Assembly (NCBI GenBank): GCA_951406725.2 | Contig: OX597821.1 | Location: forward strand, 47,616,001 to 47,680,000 | Reading direction: 5' to 3' | DNA: 64,000 nt | DNA from: Octopus vulgaris | Taxonomy: Eukaryota | In this document: positions 26,340 to 37,970 of the stretch, in pieces | Numbering within the stretch: position 1 is the stretch's first letter | How the letters are laid out: every line of letters begins with the position of its first letter | The notes under the pieces: generated by a model | What the model saw: only the letters and a program-made list of their open reading frames with translations | Databases searched by the model: none | Told to the model about the DNA's origin: nothing | Program-made: the position numbers and the translations under genes

Positions 26340-26875
26340 CAAGTAACCTTAAATGCCAAGAACCCTTCTAAGTATCCTAGCTGTCCCTAAAACACTATTT
26401 TCTGGAGCTGTAGTAAACTGTGTTTTATGTGATTTTCCTCTATCCATCTGTTCAAATCTGTTACGATAGTTCCTAATGCACCTATAACTACTGGGATGCA
26501 TTTTACCAGCACTTTCTGTAGTCTCTGGGACTTTGCTATTTTTTTTATACCTCTCCTATTGATTTTCACATCATTTGGAACAGTAAAATCAATTATCTGG
26601 TACTTCCAATTCCCTTTATATATTACTGCTAAATCAAGCCTTCTAGCTTCTATTTCTCTGTCCGTCTGAATGTTAAAGTCCTACAACATCTTATATTTCT
26701 TACTTTCTAGTACTTTACTAGGTTCATATTCATACCATTTATCAGTATGGTCAAATCCTAGCTTTCTATATAACACCCAGTGGATTACTCTCCTTAAGCT
26801 GTCATGTATTTCCTTGTATTCTTTCTGTGTCATCATGCGAAATTCACTTATTATGAGTAACACTTTCCTCCTTTG
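26340..26875 (-). mobile_element. R4/Dong-clade RLE non-LTR retrotransposon, C-terminal remnant
   Basis: EYKEIHD..IHWVLYRKLGF..KWYEYEPSKVLE..DFNIQTDREIEARRLD..IIDFTVP..IPVVIGALGTI. Confidence 0.85.
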
Positions 26876-27035
26876 ATTTGCATAACCTACATTACCATTC
26901 TAACTATTATTATTCAGTAGTCTTATTTTTATCACATGCTTTCACTGCACTACTTAACACAGCTCTGTGTGCACTGTGTGCTGTGATTTGTCGTGGTGTT
27001 CTTATTTTCACTGTATTGAAAATGCTTTATGTAGG

Positions 27036-27075
<40 letters not shown>

Positions 27076-27078
<3 letters not shown>

Positions 27079-27146
27079 GTTTGACTTTTGCTTTATATTT
27101 GCACAAGTTGGCTCCAAGTCTCACCCAGAGACCTCAAGAGACAACA

Positions 27147-27190
<44 letters not shown>

Positions 27191-27965
27191 TGTTACACAT
27201 GCACTAGTGCAGGTCGTATTTTGTGTAGGATATGAGCAGTTCCCATGAGCACTATCTTTTGAATTTCTGCCATTTTGGGGTTTCCTGGTATCTGAGTTAG
27301 GTAGCACTCAGCCCCTTTTGCTATCATTCCCAGGACACCTATGACAACAGGTATTGTTTTAGTCTTCAGATTCCACATTTTGCTGATTTCTATTTTAAGA
27401 TCTTTATATTTGCTCAGTTTTTGGTAGGTCTTGACAGATACGTTTATATCGATTGGGACAGTCATATCAATGAGGAGGGATGTTCTTTGTTTGAAGTCTT
27501 TCAATATGATGTCTGGCCTATTTGCATCTATCTTTCTGTCAGTTTGAATATATTGTGCAGCTCTATCATGCCTATTGAGATACTCTGTAGGCACTAGAAG
27601 GCTGCACTTGGAGACCACATGATCAATGGTTTCATTTTGTTGCTGACATACACGACATGTTGGGCTACTGCCGATCTTTAATATGTTGGCCTGGTAGTTT
27701 CTTGTTGGTAGGCATTGATCTTGAGCTGCTATGATAAACCCCTCTGTTTCAGATTTTAAGCCAGAGGCCATTAGCCATTGATGGGTCAGGGCTTTGTCAA
27801 CATCTGCATTATTCGCTCTCTTTGGGTATTTGCCATAGAGAGGTTTTTCTTGCCATTTATCATTCAGAATATGTAAGGCCGCAGATTTAGCACGGGTTTT
27901 CATGCGCTTAGCTTTTTCTGTGCCTGTTTCTTGTATGTCTATCTCTAATTCCGAAATTTGTTGTA
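27076..27965 (-). mobile_element. R4/Dong-clade RLE non-LTR retrotransposon, 5'-truncated, flanked by (TAA)n
   Basis: ORF 27193-28140 core: LKSETEGFIIAAQDQ, CCHC knuckle CRVC..ETIDHVVSKC, RHD, RLE RPDI..LIDMTVP..K..KY, IPVVIGVLG. (ATT)n on both sides. Internal deletion after RHD..YI. Confidence 0.92.
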
Positions 27966-28035
<70 letters not shown>

Positions 28036-28364
28036 GAGTGAGAGAGCAATGCATGCCATCAAAGTGACACTGGGGTAAAATATACGAAGCCCAGTAAACC
28101 CATCGTGACTACCTGTCTGATAAGGGTACACTAGGCACATGCATCACAACCATATGTGCACGACATGGTGGTCTTATATCAAGATAAATAGCACATGACC
28201 TTACAGGTGGGACCCAGTTAGAATTTTCTTCTGGTCGAGTAACCCATCCCGCTCAAAAGTGTAGCCCATCTTTTATACCAAGACTGAAAACAATGTACAT
28301 GATAACACTTCCAATCAGTTAAGATCAGAAGCCATGAGAGCCACTGCCTGGTACTGCATCAGGG
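28036..28364 (-). mobile_element. Non-autonomous (TAA)n-associated element (family D), internally deleted
   Basis: gagtgagagagcaatgcatgccatcaaagtg ... cctggtactgcatcaggg between (ATT)n tracts. Lacks ~225 bp present in the copy at 58151. Confidence 0.85.
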
Positions 28365-28379
28365 TATTTATTATTATTA

Positions 28380-28423
<44 letters not shown>

Positions 28424-28751
28424 GAGTGAGAGAGCAATGCATGCCATCAAAGTGATACTGGGGTAAAATATACGAAGCCCAGTAAACCCATCATGACTAC
28501 CCGTCTGATAAGGGTACACTAGGCACATGCATCACAACCATATGTGCACGACATGGTGGTCTCATATCAAGATAAATAGCACATGACCTTACAGGTGGGG
28601 GCCCAGTTAGAATTTTCTTCTGGTCGAGTAACCCATCCCGCTCAAAAGTGTAGCCCATCTTTTATACCAAGACAAAACAATGTACATGATAACACTTCCA
28701 ATCAGTTAAGATCAGAAGCCACGAGAGCCACTGCCTGGTACTGCATCAGGG
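28424..28751 (-). mobile_element. Family D element, tandem copy with the same internal deletion
   Basis: Near-identical to 28036-28364, including the junction gctcaaaag|tgtagcccatc. Confidence 0.85.
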
Positions 28752-28766
28752 TATTTATTATTATCA

Positions 28767-28815
<49 letters not shown>

Positions 28816-28834
28816 TATTATTATTATTATAGAT

Positions 28835-29125
28835 ATTGCACAGTATACGGTGAGGTTGTTGATTGTAGATATTGTGCCTACTGGGGGTTTGTACTGTCTG
28901 TTAAGTCACAAGGACCTCAGACAGACAATACTTTGCACAATGTGTGTGGTTCCAAGTAATGCCAACGTTTGCAATACATCTAGATTGTAGGGTAGCTCTA
29001 AGGTTTTCAGATGTTTTTTCAGGTTGGGTGGTATCAAACTCAATGCTCTGATGAAAATAGGGATACCCTTTATGTTCAACTCTCATAGCTGCCACATCTT
29101 AGCAATCTCACTTCTCTGGTCTCCT
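28835..29125 (-). mobile_element. R4/Dong-type RLE LINE extreme 3' fragment (another subfamily)
   Basis: EIAKMWQL..IPIFIRALSLIPPNLKKHLKTLEL..LQTLALLGTTHIV, between (ATT)n tracts. Confidence 0.7.
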
Positions 29126-29144
29126 ATTATTATTATTATTGTCT

Positions 29145-29352
29145 GTGAGATTAGCAGAATCATTAGCATGTCAGGTGAAATGCTTAGTGGCATTTCATCT
29201 GCCACTATGTTCTGTGTTCAAATTCTACCTAGGTCAGCTTTGCTTTTCATCCTTTCAGGGTTGATAAATTAAGTACCAGTGAAACACTGGGGTCAATATA
29301 ATCGACTATCCCCTTCCCTCAAATTTCGGGCCTTGTGCCTATAGTAGAATGG
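29145..29352 (+). mobile_element. SINE family C
   Basis: gttcaaattctacctaggtcagctttgcttttcatcctttcagggttgataaattaagtaccag core, with a tail running into (ATC)/(ATT)n. Confidence 0.8.
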
Positions 29353-29396
29353 ATCATCCTCATCATCATCATCATCATCATCACGATCATTATTAA

Positions 29397-29455
<59 letters not shown>

Positions 29456-29498
29456 CATTATTATTATGATCATCATCATTATTATTATTATTATTATT

Positions 29499-29940
29499 GA
29501 GTGAGAGAGCAGTGCATACCATCAAAGTGACACTGGGGTACAAATATATGAAGCCCAGTATATCAACCATGACTACCCATCTGATAAGGGTACACCAGGC
29601 ACATGCATCACAACCATATGTTGCACAACATGGTGATCTCATAATCAAGATATACAGTACATGACCTTGCAGGTGGAGCCCAGTTAGAATTTTTTCAGGT
29701 TGAATAGCACATCCAGCTCAAAAGGTCCCTGAATAAGGTTTATTTAAGGATAATGAACAAAGCATCTATGTTTCCAGGGGTGAATTATTCAAACCCCAAA
29801 GAATTCCTCTCAGCACATGGCTATCCTCATGATCAGAGATGCACATATCATCAGTCACCAAATCCATGCTCAACTAGTGATGGTCAAACAACTGACAAGC
29901 AATTCTGTGGTGTTGAGTACAATATTTGCTGTAGCCCTAA
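29499..29940 (-). mobile_element. Family D element, truncated
   Basis: Homologous to 58151-58696, following (ATT)n. Confidence 0.85.
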
Positions 29941-30053
29941 TTTCTGAAACTGGTTAAATTATGTAGGGGGTGCAAATTTTGATCTTGCACCACCTGAAAA
30001 TTCCAAGGGGTGCAGGTGCCCCCGCTGCACCGCCTATTCCTGGGCCCATATTA

Positions 30054-30097
<44 letters not shown>

Positions 30098-30201
30098 ATT
30101 AGTATACATTTGTATATATAATGCGTACACACACATATATATAATGCGTATATATGTACATATATATATTTAATGTGTATATATATATATATATATATAT
30201 A

Positions 30202-30587
30202 CTAGCAGTATCGCCCGGCGTTGCTCAGGTTTGTAAGGGAAATAACTATAAAGCATTTTTAGAGAGTTATAGCCAAAAAATAGCAAAAAAATGGGAAAAA
30301 ATGATGGTAAATTTTTTTTTGAGAGTTAAAAAAGGATGGAGTTGCATCCCCTAGAAAGTTTGTGGTTCGTGTTTCTGATTCTCGACCCCATGTCGAATTT
30401 ATCGATTTTTTTCAGAACTGGGGAAACTTTTCAAAATTTTGGCTGCGTTAGTTTTGAATTATGACATTGGGCTATGTGTGTGTCAAGTTTCATCAGAATC
30501 GGTTGAAAGCCGTGGTCGGGGTGAGGGTACAAGCAAACAGACACACAGAAACACGCACAGACAAACTGCCGTTTATATATAGAGAGA
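30202..30587 (-). mobile_element. Non-autonomous Helitron
   Basis: Minus strand A|TCTCTCTATATATAAA... at the 5' end and a 3' hairpin cctgagcaacgccggg followed by CTAG|T. A/T target, no TSD. Confidence 0.8.
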
Positions 30588-30589
30588 TA

Positions 30590-31442
30590 ATGTGTGCATT
30601 ATGTGGTCAGTTGAGCTGAAAATATGCGCACCTATGTTAAAAGTGCTGGCGAGTTTGCATAGCAACTATTTTTTTCCTCAAATGAAAGGCGGGACCTCTA
30701 GGACTAAATTCCTCATCTTATAAAATGTGACCCGAGTAGACCCCAATGAAATCGGGTTATATTAACGAAAATGTGAAAAGGGGTCTAAATGGAACTGGAA
30801 GGAGATAAAAATTTACAGGAGCAGGTGTTTAGGAATTCTCTGTTACATCAAGCTAAAAATTTTGCGCCAGCCTTTAAATCTTCAATGTGCTGCCATCCAT
30901 CATGAAGAAGTTTTGAACGTTTGCATTGGTGAGTCTACTGTCATGAGAAAGAATCACTTCAAAACTTGGTGTTCAGGAATTTTCTCTTACATCAAGTTAA
31001 AAACTTTACGCCAGCCATTAAACTGCCACTACGTTGCTGTCCGTCGTTAAGAAATGCCAGCCATGGTGACTCTATTATCCTCAGATTCTATCTCTTCAAA
31101 CTTTGTCCCTTTTAAATGTTAGTGTTTTGCTGTCTGCCTTGAAGCAGACCTTTAGTTATCTCTGCCTGATATTTATGATTGATCTTTCAAAATATTTCCT
31201 TTCTCAACTTACTCAAGATCTTTTGTTGTTTATAAATGGGAGAGAGATAGATAGAGAAAGATAAAGAGTAAGAGAAAGTGAGGGAGAGTCCGAGAGAAAG
31301 GAAGAGTAAGAGAGTGGGAAAGTGAGAGAGAAAGGATAGAGAAACAAAGAGGGAGAATGTGGTGATAAAAAACCAGAAAGGAAGCAACAGAAAGTAACAA
31401 CCACACTCTTAACCGCACGTAGAGCGGGTCACCTTAAGCTAG
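30590..31442 (+). mobile_element. Probable non-autonomous Helitron (3' end defined, 5' end uncertain)
   Basis: 3' hairpin ccgcacgtagagcgg followed by CTAG|T at 31439-31443. Internal ~85-bp direct repeat at 30823-30910 / 30969-31053. Confidence 0.55.
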
Positions 31443-31690
31443 TATATATTATATATATAGTGATAGTATTTATAGTGAAACTATTAAAACTGAAACTATT
31501 GTTTCACTTTTGGCATGTAATACCAAAACAGTCTAAGAGATTGCTCTGGGCTTGCATTAGGCAAGAAGTTTTTTTAGTCCATGACACTCCATGGACCCTC
31601 AGTAGAGTATGTGTAAGACTTGAATGAAATTGGTTGGGTAGTTCTTGAGTTTTAGTGATGCACACATACAGACACATAGACAGACAGACA

Positions 31691-31734
<44 letters not shown>

Positions 31735-32820
31735 TGCATTCTCAATTATATATATATATATACATATATATATATGTATGTATATATATATATATGCATC
31801 TTTCAATCTCTCTGTCTGTCTCTGCATTTTGCTCTTCCTCTCTGTCTTTCTCACTACACACACATACACACACACATAGATACATATTGTTGAAAGCAGA
31901 TGAAAAAATGTCTTACAGTGCCAACCATTTTTGGAACATATATCTCAAATAAATCTGCAAACACAGTGAGATACCACTCATTCACACACACACACACACA
32001 CACACTCATTCATACTCAAACATATATATATATTACTGAAGTTTGATTTTATTTGTGCATATGTTTGTATATCTAATGTTTTGAGTAAAGTAATTTGCTT
32101 AAAAATAAAAGAGATTTTCAACTCCATAATCTTTGAAGAAAACTAAAACCAATACTAAAAATCTATATAATATGTAATGAAAATTAATTACATTTTCGTA
32201 AAGTTATTCTCATTAAGTATTTATAAATCTTCTGCACGTTTCTCATTAATATTTCCACTGTTTAATATATCGGCTGTTAAGTGCTTTTGTGTGATCTCCA
32301 AAAACTATTTTCATATAATTTTGGACAACCAACTCATGAATCTTCAAATATTTCATTGTCACAAGGATTCTGTTGAATCTCCCAGGAAGAAGAACATTAT
32401 TATTTTAGCAATCTTTATTTCACTTAACAGTCTGACGAATACATATCAGATTTCTGGTATATTTTAACAGTGATATATTGATGTCCATGTGTAGGGAAGA
32501 TTTTAATTGTGTAGATGATGTAGCAAACACACAACACAATATGAAATAGTATGAAGAATTTGCATGCATTTAATACTGCAACACAAGTGCTGTAATCTAC
32601 ATAGCTGTTAGGAATAGGCAGAAGGATTTCAAGGAAGTTTATCTCTGATGGACTATCATCTCATCCCCGTGTCCAGCTGTTTTCCATTGACTGATTTTTG
32701 AACTTGAAGTGGCTTACAATCAAATATTTTACATATTAGATTCATTATAAGTCAAGCAAAGAGTTAGAAAGTCTAATTATAAATAGTGTGCCATCTATTC
32801 ACAGCCTCTGCCATACTCAC

Positions 32821-32910
32821 TGCTTGTATATTCCATGTGCAGCAGCATTCTAAGATCGTTGTAACTCTGTCTTTTATAAACAGAATTGATATTAACTATT
32901 TTAAAGTTCA
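32821..32910 (-). other. Candidate 90-nt exon
   Basis: Acceptor ttttttctataacag| and donor gca|gtgagt. One open phase-1 frame, NFKIVNINSVYKRQSYNDLRMLLHMEYTS, with no recognised homology. Confidence 0.4.
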
Positions 32911-33049
32911 CTGTTATAGAAAAAATGTGTGTGTAAACATGTTTTATCAATACAATAATGTCTAGAATGCTATGTTTGTGAGTACACACACACATGCATA
33001 TATATATATATATATATATATATTTGTATAAGAGGAAAAAAGACAACAA

Positions 33050-33720
33050 AAACCAAGGAAAGACAGGTATCTCAAGTAATTGAGAATATTTAATTAAGGT
33101 AAGGTAAATTTGAAGTCTTACAGCTGTTTCTGGAATATTCTGAGTGATAGACTGGCATGTCCATACACTGGATATTCTGTCATCAGGGACAAGGTATGTA
33201 TGAAAGATCTAGGCAGGGAAATTCGTTGACAGAAGAATTAAAGAGTAAACCAGTAGATAAAATTATACAGATAGGAGAATAAAGTTCACAGCTCATCTTC
33301 TTCCAGAGGGTATGGAGGTTGGTATAATCCCAGGTAAATCCAGGCAGTATTTTGAATGTTGCATTCATGTTGAAGGAATAAAATTAAGTGGTTAGCTTGT
33401 ATGAAAAGGTCTACCTGGGTATATAGAGTGAGAAAGGCAGACATCGTGATAGACAGATATGGGTTGTGAAAGAGTCAATGGAAGAGAGAAAAGAAAGGGA
33501 TGGGATAGCAGTGGGAAATGAATGAGAGCCAAAGTAAAATAAAATCAAAACATAAAGATAAGATGCCAGTATTATTCTTCGTGATGGTCGGTTCGGGGTG
33601 AGAGGTCAGGTATTAAGGTTTTGGTAAAGTGGAGGAGGAAGGCATTTATGTCTATTAATTTAATGGATGAATTCTAGGTTGAGTGTGGTCAGAAAGAAAA
33701 TTCAGTTCAGTGGTCAGTAG
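33050..33720 (-). mobile_element. Penelope-like 3' end with degenerate hammerhead (33115-33190)
   Basis: Minus strand gucc-CUGAUGA-cagaauau..auauucca-GAAA-C-AGCU-G-UA-agac. Core intact, stems I and II partly mismatched. Upstream sequence resembles a PLE ORF end. Confidence 0.65.
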
Positions 33721-33777
33721 GGGTAGCTAAAAATGGATGCCTAGCTTAAGTGGGTACATACAGGATATTTTATCTTA

Positions 33778-34052
33778 TATAACACCAAAGATGAACTGAA
33801 GGCAAGAATTAGGATTATGGCAACATTCACCAACTTAAACAAGGAGACTGTTCCAAAAAGTTGCAAGTGAGAGTGTTCCAAAGAGTTGTCTGGAGGACAT
33901 TGAAGCCAATTGTAATTTTATTGAATAAATTTACTCTTTAGTATTTCAAGATATTTTTATACAGATTTGGTAAATATATCTGTTAAAATGAGATGGCAGT
34001 GTTATTTTCATTTTTTGCATAATTTAGACGACAATTTATTCACCACAACCTA
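33778..34052 (+). mobile_element. maT/DD37D-type transposon 3' fragment
   Basis: NTKDELKARI..ATFTNLNKETV..IEANCNFIE* followed by a terminus ending in TA. Confidence 0.6.
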
Positions 34053-34064
34053 TATATATATGAT

Positions 34065-34372
34065 GGACTCACCTGTCATTAGATGATGTATGAGGGTTCG
34101 AGAATTTCTTACCAAACAACCACACAGAGGATTTGTTTATAGTGATCGAATGTTTGTGTAGACATAAGCTCACTCCCTCCATCAGATCGACATTACCTGT
34201 ATAGGTGCAATGGGTACCACATGTCAGATGTTGAAATGATCGCAGAGCAACATGAAATGAAGTGTTTTGCTCAAGAACACAATGCAGTCTGGGAATCAAG
34301 CCCAGTCTGGGAATCAAGCCCATGAGCTCACAATTGCAAGTGCAGCACCTCAACCACAAAGCCATGTGCCTT
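34065..34372 (-). mobile_element. tRNA-derived SINE, diverged
   Basis: Minus-strand head ggcacatggctttgtggttgaggtg..ggcttgattcccagac (duplicated), followed by gtgttcttgagcaaaacacttcatttcatgttgc. Confidence 0.65.
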
Positions 34373-34569
34373 CACACACACACACACACACACATATATC
34401 CATCATTATCATCATTGTTTTAATTAATGTCTACTTTCCCATGCTTGTATGGGTTGGATAGAATTTTACTGAGGCAGCTTTTCTAGAGCTGGATTCCCAT
34501 CCTACTACCAACCCCACCTGTTTCAAAGCAAATTAATATTCCCCCATAGTCTGATGTGTTTTTACAGAA

Positions 34570-34723
34570 TATTGGCGTTAGGAAGGGCATCCAGCCGTAG
34601 AAACTCTGCCAGATCAGACTAGAGCCTGGAGCAGCTCCTGGCTTCCCAGACCCCGGTCGAACCGTCCAACCCGTGCTAGCGCGGAAAACGGACGTTAAAC
34701 GATGATGATGATGATGATGATGA
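34570..34723 (+). mobile_element. Young RTE 3'-tail fragment with (ATG)n
   Basis: ggcgttaggaagggcatccagccgtagaaac...ggacgttaaacgatgatgat, CpGs retained. Confidence 0.85.
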
Positions 34724-34800
34724 TTGGAAATGAATGATAAAGCTTCTATGTCACTGTTGATGTGGAAATTTTGTGTACTAATTAATTGATTGTTCTTTAC

Positions 34801-35277
34801 CTAAATCAAATAGTCTACTTCTTCTTTAGCCTTATCTAGCCTTCCACATCCTTTGTACCTTGATTTCTTCATCTTCATCCTCTTTACCCCGATCTCCTCA
34901 TCCTTCTCCTCTTTAGCCTGATACCACAGCATCATTATGTCTGAGTCTTTAATCCTTTTTACATTCGATTTAGTACTGTCTTCTTAAAGATTAATTTCAT
35001 CTTCATCTTTATTTTCTGACAAATGAAGGGACATTTCGAAGCAGTGAGCAATCTTCTGGAACAAATGAATTGATTTCTTTAAACAGTAAAATATTTTCTT
35101 GGACCAATGGAAGACATTCTCAAAACAGTGAGTTATCTTCTTAAAACTCATGAGAGATTTGACACTGTTGTATCTCAAGCTGCTGAAACTCGTTAAATCT
35201 CCTTAAACAACCCCTCAAATATTTACACACTGTTTCACATTCTTACACATTGTCTTAAGTCTTTTCATATTCTCAAT
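34801..35277 (-). pseudogene. Exon-like segment with decayed 42-bp (14-aa) and ~30-bp acidic repeats
   Basis: cactaat..ttaattgcag| acceptor and ttag|gtaaag donor. One frame with several stops contains FKKITHCFENVFHW/SKKIFYCLKKSIHL/FQKIAHCFEMSLHL and AKEEKDEEIG-type repeats. Confidence 0.35.
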
Positions 35278-36599
35278 CTGCAATTAACACCATTAGTGTC
35301 ACAAATTTGTTTGAACATATTCATCTCAAATCAGCTAACAATAACAACAACCACATCCATTATGAAAACAAAGAATATAATAACTTCAACAGTAACCGTA
35401 ACAACAACAATAATAGTTGGAGACCATACATGAAACATTCCATATTGTTACATTTGGTAACCATAGTACACAAGCAGCATATTTCACTGTATTATTCCTT
35501 GTTGTAACCAGGAATCCAAACAGAAGACAGAAAGAAAGCAGGCACAAAAGAATGGGAAGGAATAGTAAAAAAAAGGCAAGAAATATAAGATAAGCTATTC
35601 GGTTAGCAATGTATAGAATCATAATTCAAAATGGTGGAATGGTCCTATTCTTGTCCTTCAATATTTCTTCAGGTTAAGAATTTAGGAATTCACATGATTT
35701 TTTATTTTCCCATAGGTTCTATGAGAAATGGTAATTAACAAAGAAGCAAAATTGGATCAAATCAAGAAAATATTAAAATATTAAAAAAATTTTGAATATT
35801 AGGTCACATTTATTTTGTTGAAAAATCATAAAATACAATTTAGTTTTCACAAAATACTAAAATGATAAAATAATTTATTAAATTACTTTATATCTGAGTT
35901 TTAAAATCTTCAGACTTATGTATTTATGCATGAAGATGTGGAAAGAGATATTTAGAGAGATAGAGAAAGAGAAGGAGAGAGAGAGATATGAAAGTTGTTA
36001 GCTGGATAGTTGGAGAGAGAGGGGAAAAAGAGACAGATATATATAGAGAGATAGACAGAAAAGAAGAGAGAAAGAAACAGAAATAGAGAGAGAGAGAGAG
36101 AGAGAAAGGAAAAAAGACAGAAATAGAGAAATGGTTAAAGAAAAGGACAGAGAAGGGGAGGGGAACAAAGAGGTTTGGGAACATTGAATACTATTGGGTT
36201 TTCTTAGAGAAGTAAGTCATACTTGGAGAAAAAGACAAGAAAAAAAAACAGGAGAAAATGGTAAGATTTATAAGAAATTAAGTGGTAGGATGATGAAGCT
36301 GAGACAAAAAGAAAAAGTTTGAAAAAAAGCATGGGAGATATGAGGAGAAACATGATGCTGTGGGGAGGAAATTATGGATAAGGTTTAGCAGAGGAAATTA
36401 TCCAAATGAATTGAACCAAATACTTGTGATTTCCTAAATGTTTAAAGTAGAAAGAATGAGAGATATGGCACAGTCATTTGTGTTCTTCCTCTCTTAATTA
36501 AAATTCTAATTTCATTTTTAATTTCTTTTTGCATAAAAGTACAATATGAAAAAATTTCTTACATCACTGTAACAAAAGTTTGAAGCTTCACAAACTGAA

Positions 36600-36608
36600 A
36601 TACATACA

Positions 36609-36642
<34 letters not shown>

Positions 36643-36789
36643 CATACATGCATGCATGCATACATACATACATACATGCATGCATATGTACATACATACA
36701 TACATACATACATACTTCATACATACATACATACATGCATGCATACATACATACATACATACATATGCATACATACATACATACATACA

Positions 36790-36820
<31 letters not shown>
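36600..36820. repeat. (TACA)n microsatellite
   Basis: Direct reading. Confidence 0.95.
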
Positions 36821-36821
<1 letters not shown>

Positions 36822-36869
36822 AAATCTGTCAAAAGGATAACCTCAAAGACAAAGAGATAAGAGCCCACA

Positions 36870-37100
36870 GTATGGTGGATGCCATGGCCACTCATAAAAC
36901 AAAGGAGTACTGGCGGAATGTACCACTGAAAACCTCAATAAATTATAAACACAACAGATCTGATATAATGATTTGAAATAGAGAAGAGAAACTGTACAGT
37001 TGTGGAAATCAGCTGCCCAGCAGATGTTAACATAAAGCTGAAGATCAGTGGAAAACAGAACACCTTTGCTGAACTATTGAGAAGTTTGCAGATATTGATA
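36870..37100 (+). mobile_element. RLE LINE endonuclease fragment (R4/Dong-like)
   Basis: KEYWRNVPLKT..KHNRSDIMI*NREEK..VVEISCPADVNIKLKISGK. Confidence 0.7.
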
Positions 37101-37779
37101 TAAATGTATACACACATGTACATTGGGTATCAAGCTTCCACTATTGAATTTTGCCAGTTGCTACTCTTGCACATCTGTTTCATGTAGTGTTAGCATTGAG
37201 TGTCAAACTAATACACCCTGTTTGTTTTTCCTCCACAGCAGCAGTAATTTTAATCAGCTGAATACATGTCATTGATTGGTTGAAATTACCGAAATAGGAC
37301 AACTTTAACACAAAATAACTTCGGAAATATAAACTTTTCTCAAAAAGGCTAACAGTAAAAGATGTTTTATATGACACATTCTACTTGTATACGAAGTTTT
37401 AAAGTGTTTAGTTACAAAAAATTATTTCCTAAATCTGCCATTCAAAAGGTAAAGATACATTTATTCCTGCAATGATTCTGTTGCAAAACAGAAATGAATG
37501 ATAAGAGAAGGGATCAGAGTGCTCTCTTCTATATTACAGAGTTCCTCTCTTCTTGAAACTGAATGTCAATAATGTTAGCAAATACTTGTGATATCATATT
37601 TCAGGACTGGCCAGATGAAATAGTCTCTACCAAACAATGTTTCTAGGAATAATATCAGGTTTGATATTATCTCTAGAAGAGAGCAAAGCTAAATTCACTG
37701 AAGATTGTTTAAATTTCTGGAGATTTGTATGAGACCTTGCCATAAAATTTCCTATATATAGATATATATATATATATAT

Positions 37780-37970
37780 CACCATGATAGATTGCTAGCC
37801 ACTATACCTTTTTCTATTTCCTCTTCTTGTTTATTTCTGTGTTCTTCTGTCAAAGAGTGTAGGCTCGAAACATAAAAGACTTTCTCACTTCTTGAGCGTT
37901 AAACTAATACATCTGTTTGTTGTTTACACATCCGTTTTCATCTTTTGTTTTTTTTGTAAATTCTCATAAT
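37780..37970 (+). mobile_element. Family E hammerhead-like repeat, diverged
   Basis: ctgtcaaagagtgtaggctcgaaacataaaagac core within (TA)n. Confidence 0.7.

Noticed and set aside
27193-28140. Longest ORF (315 aa) as a functional gene
   Set aside because: It is a chance fusion of family D sequence, a poly-Asn (AAT)n tract, a truncated and internally deleted RLE-LINE C-terminus, and a templated patch.
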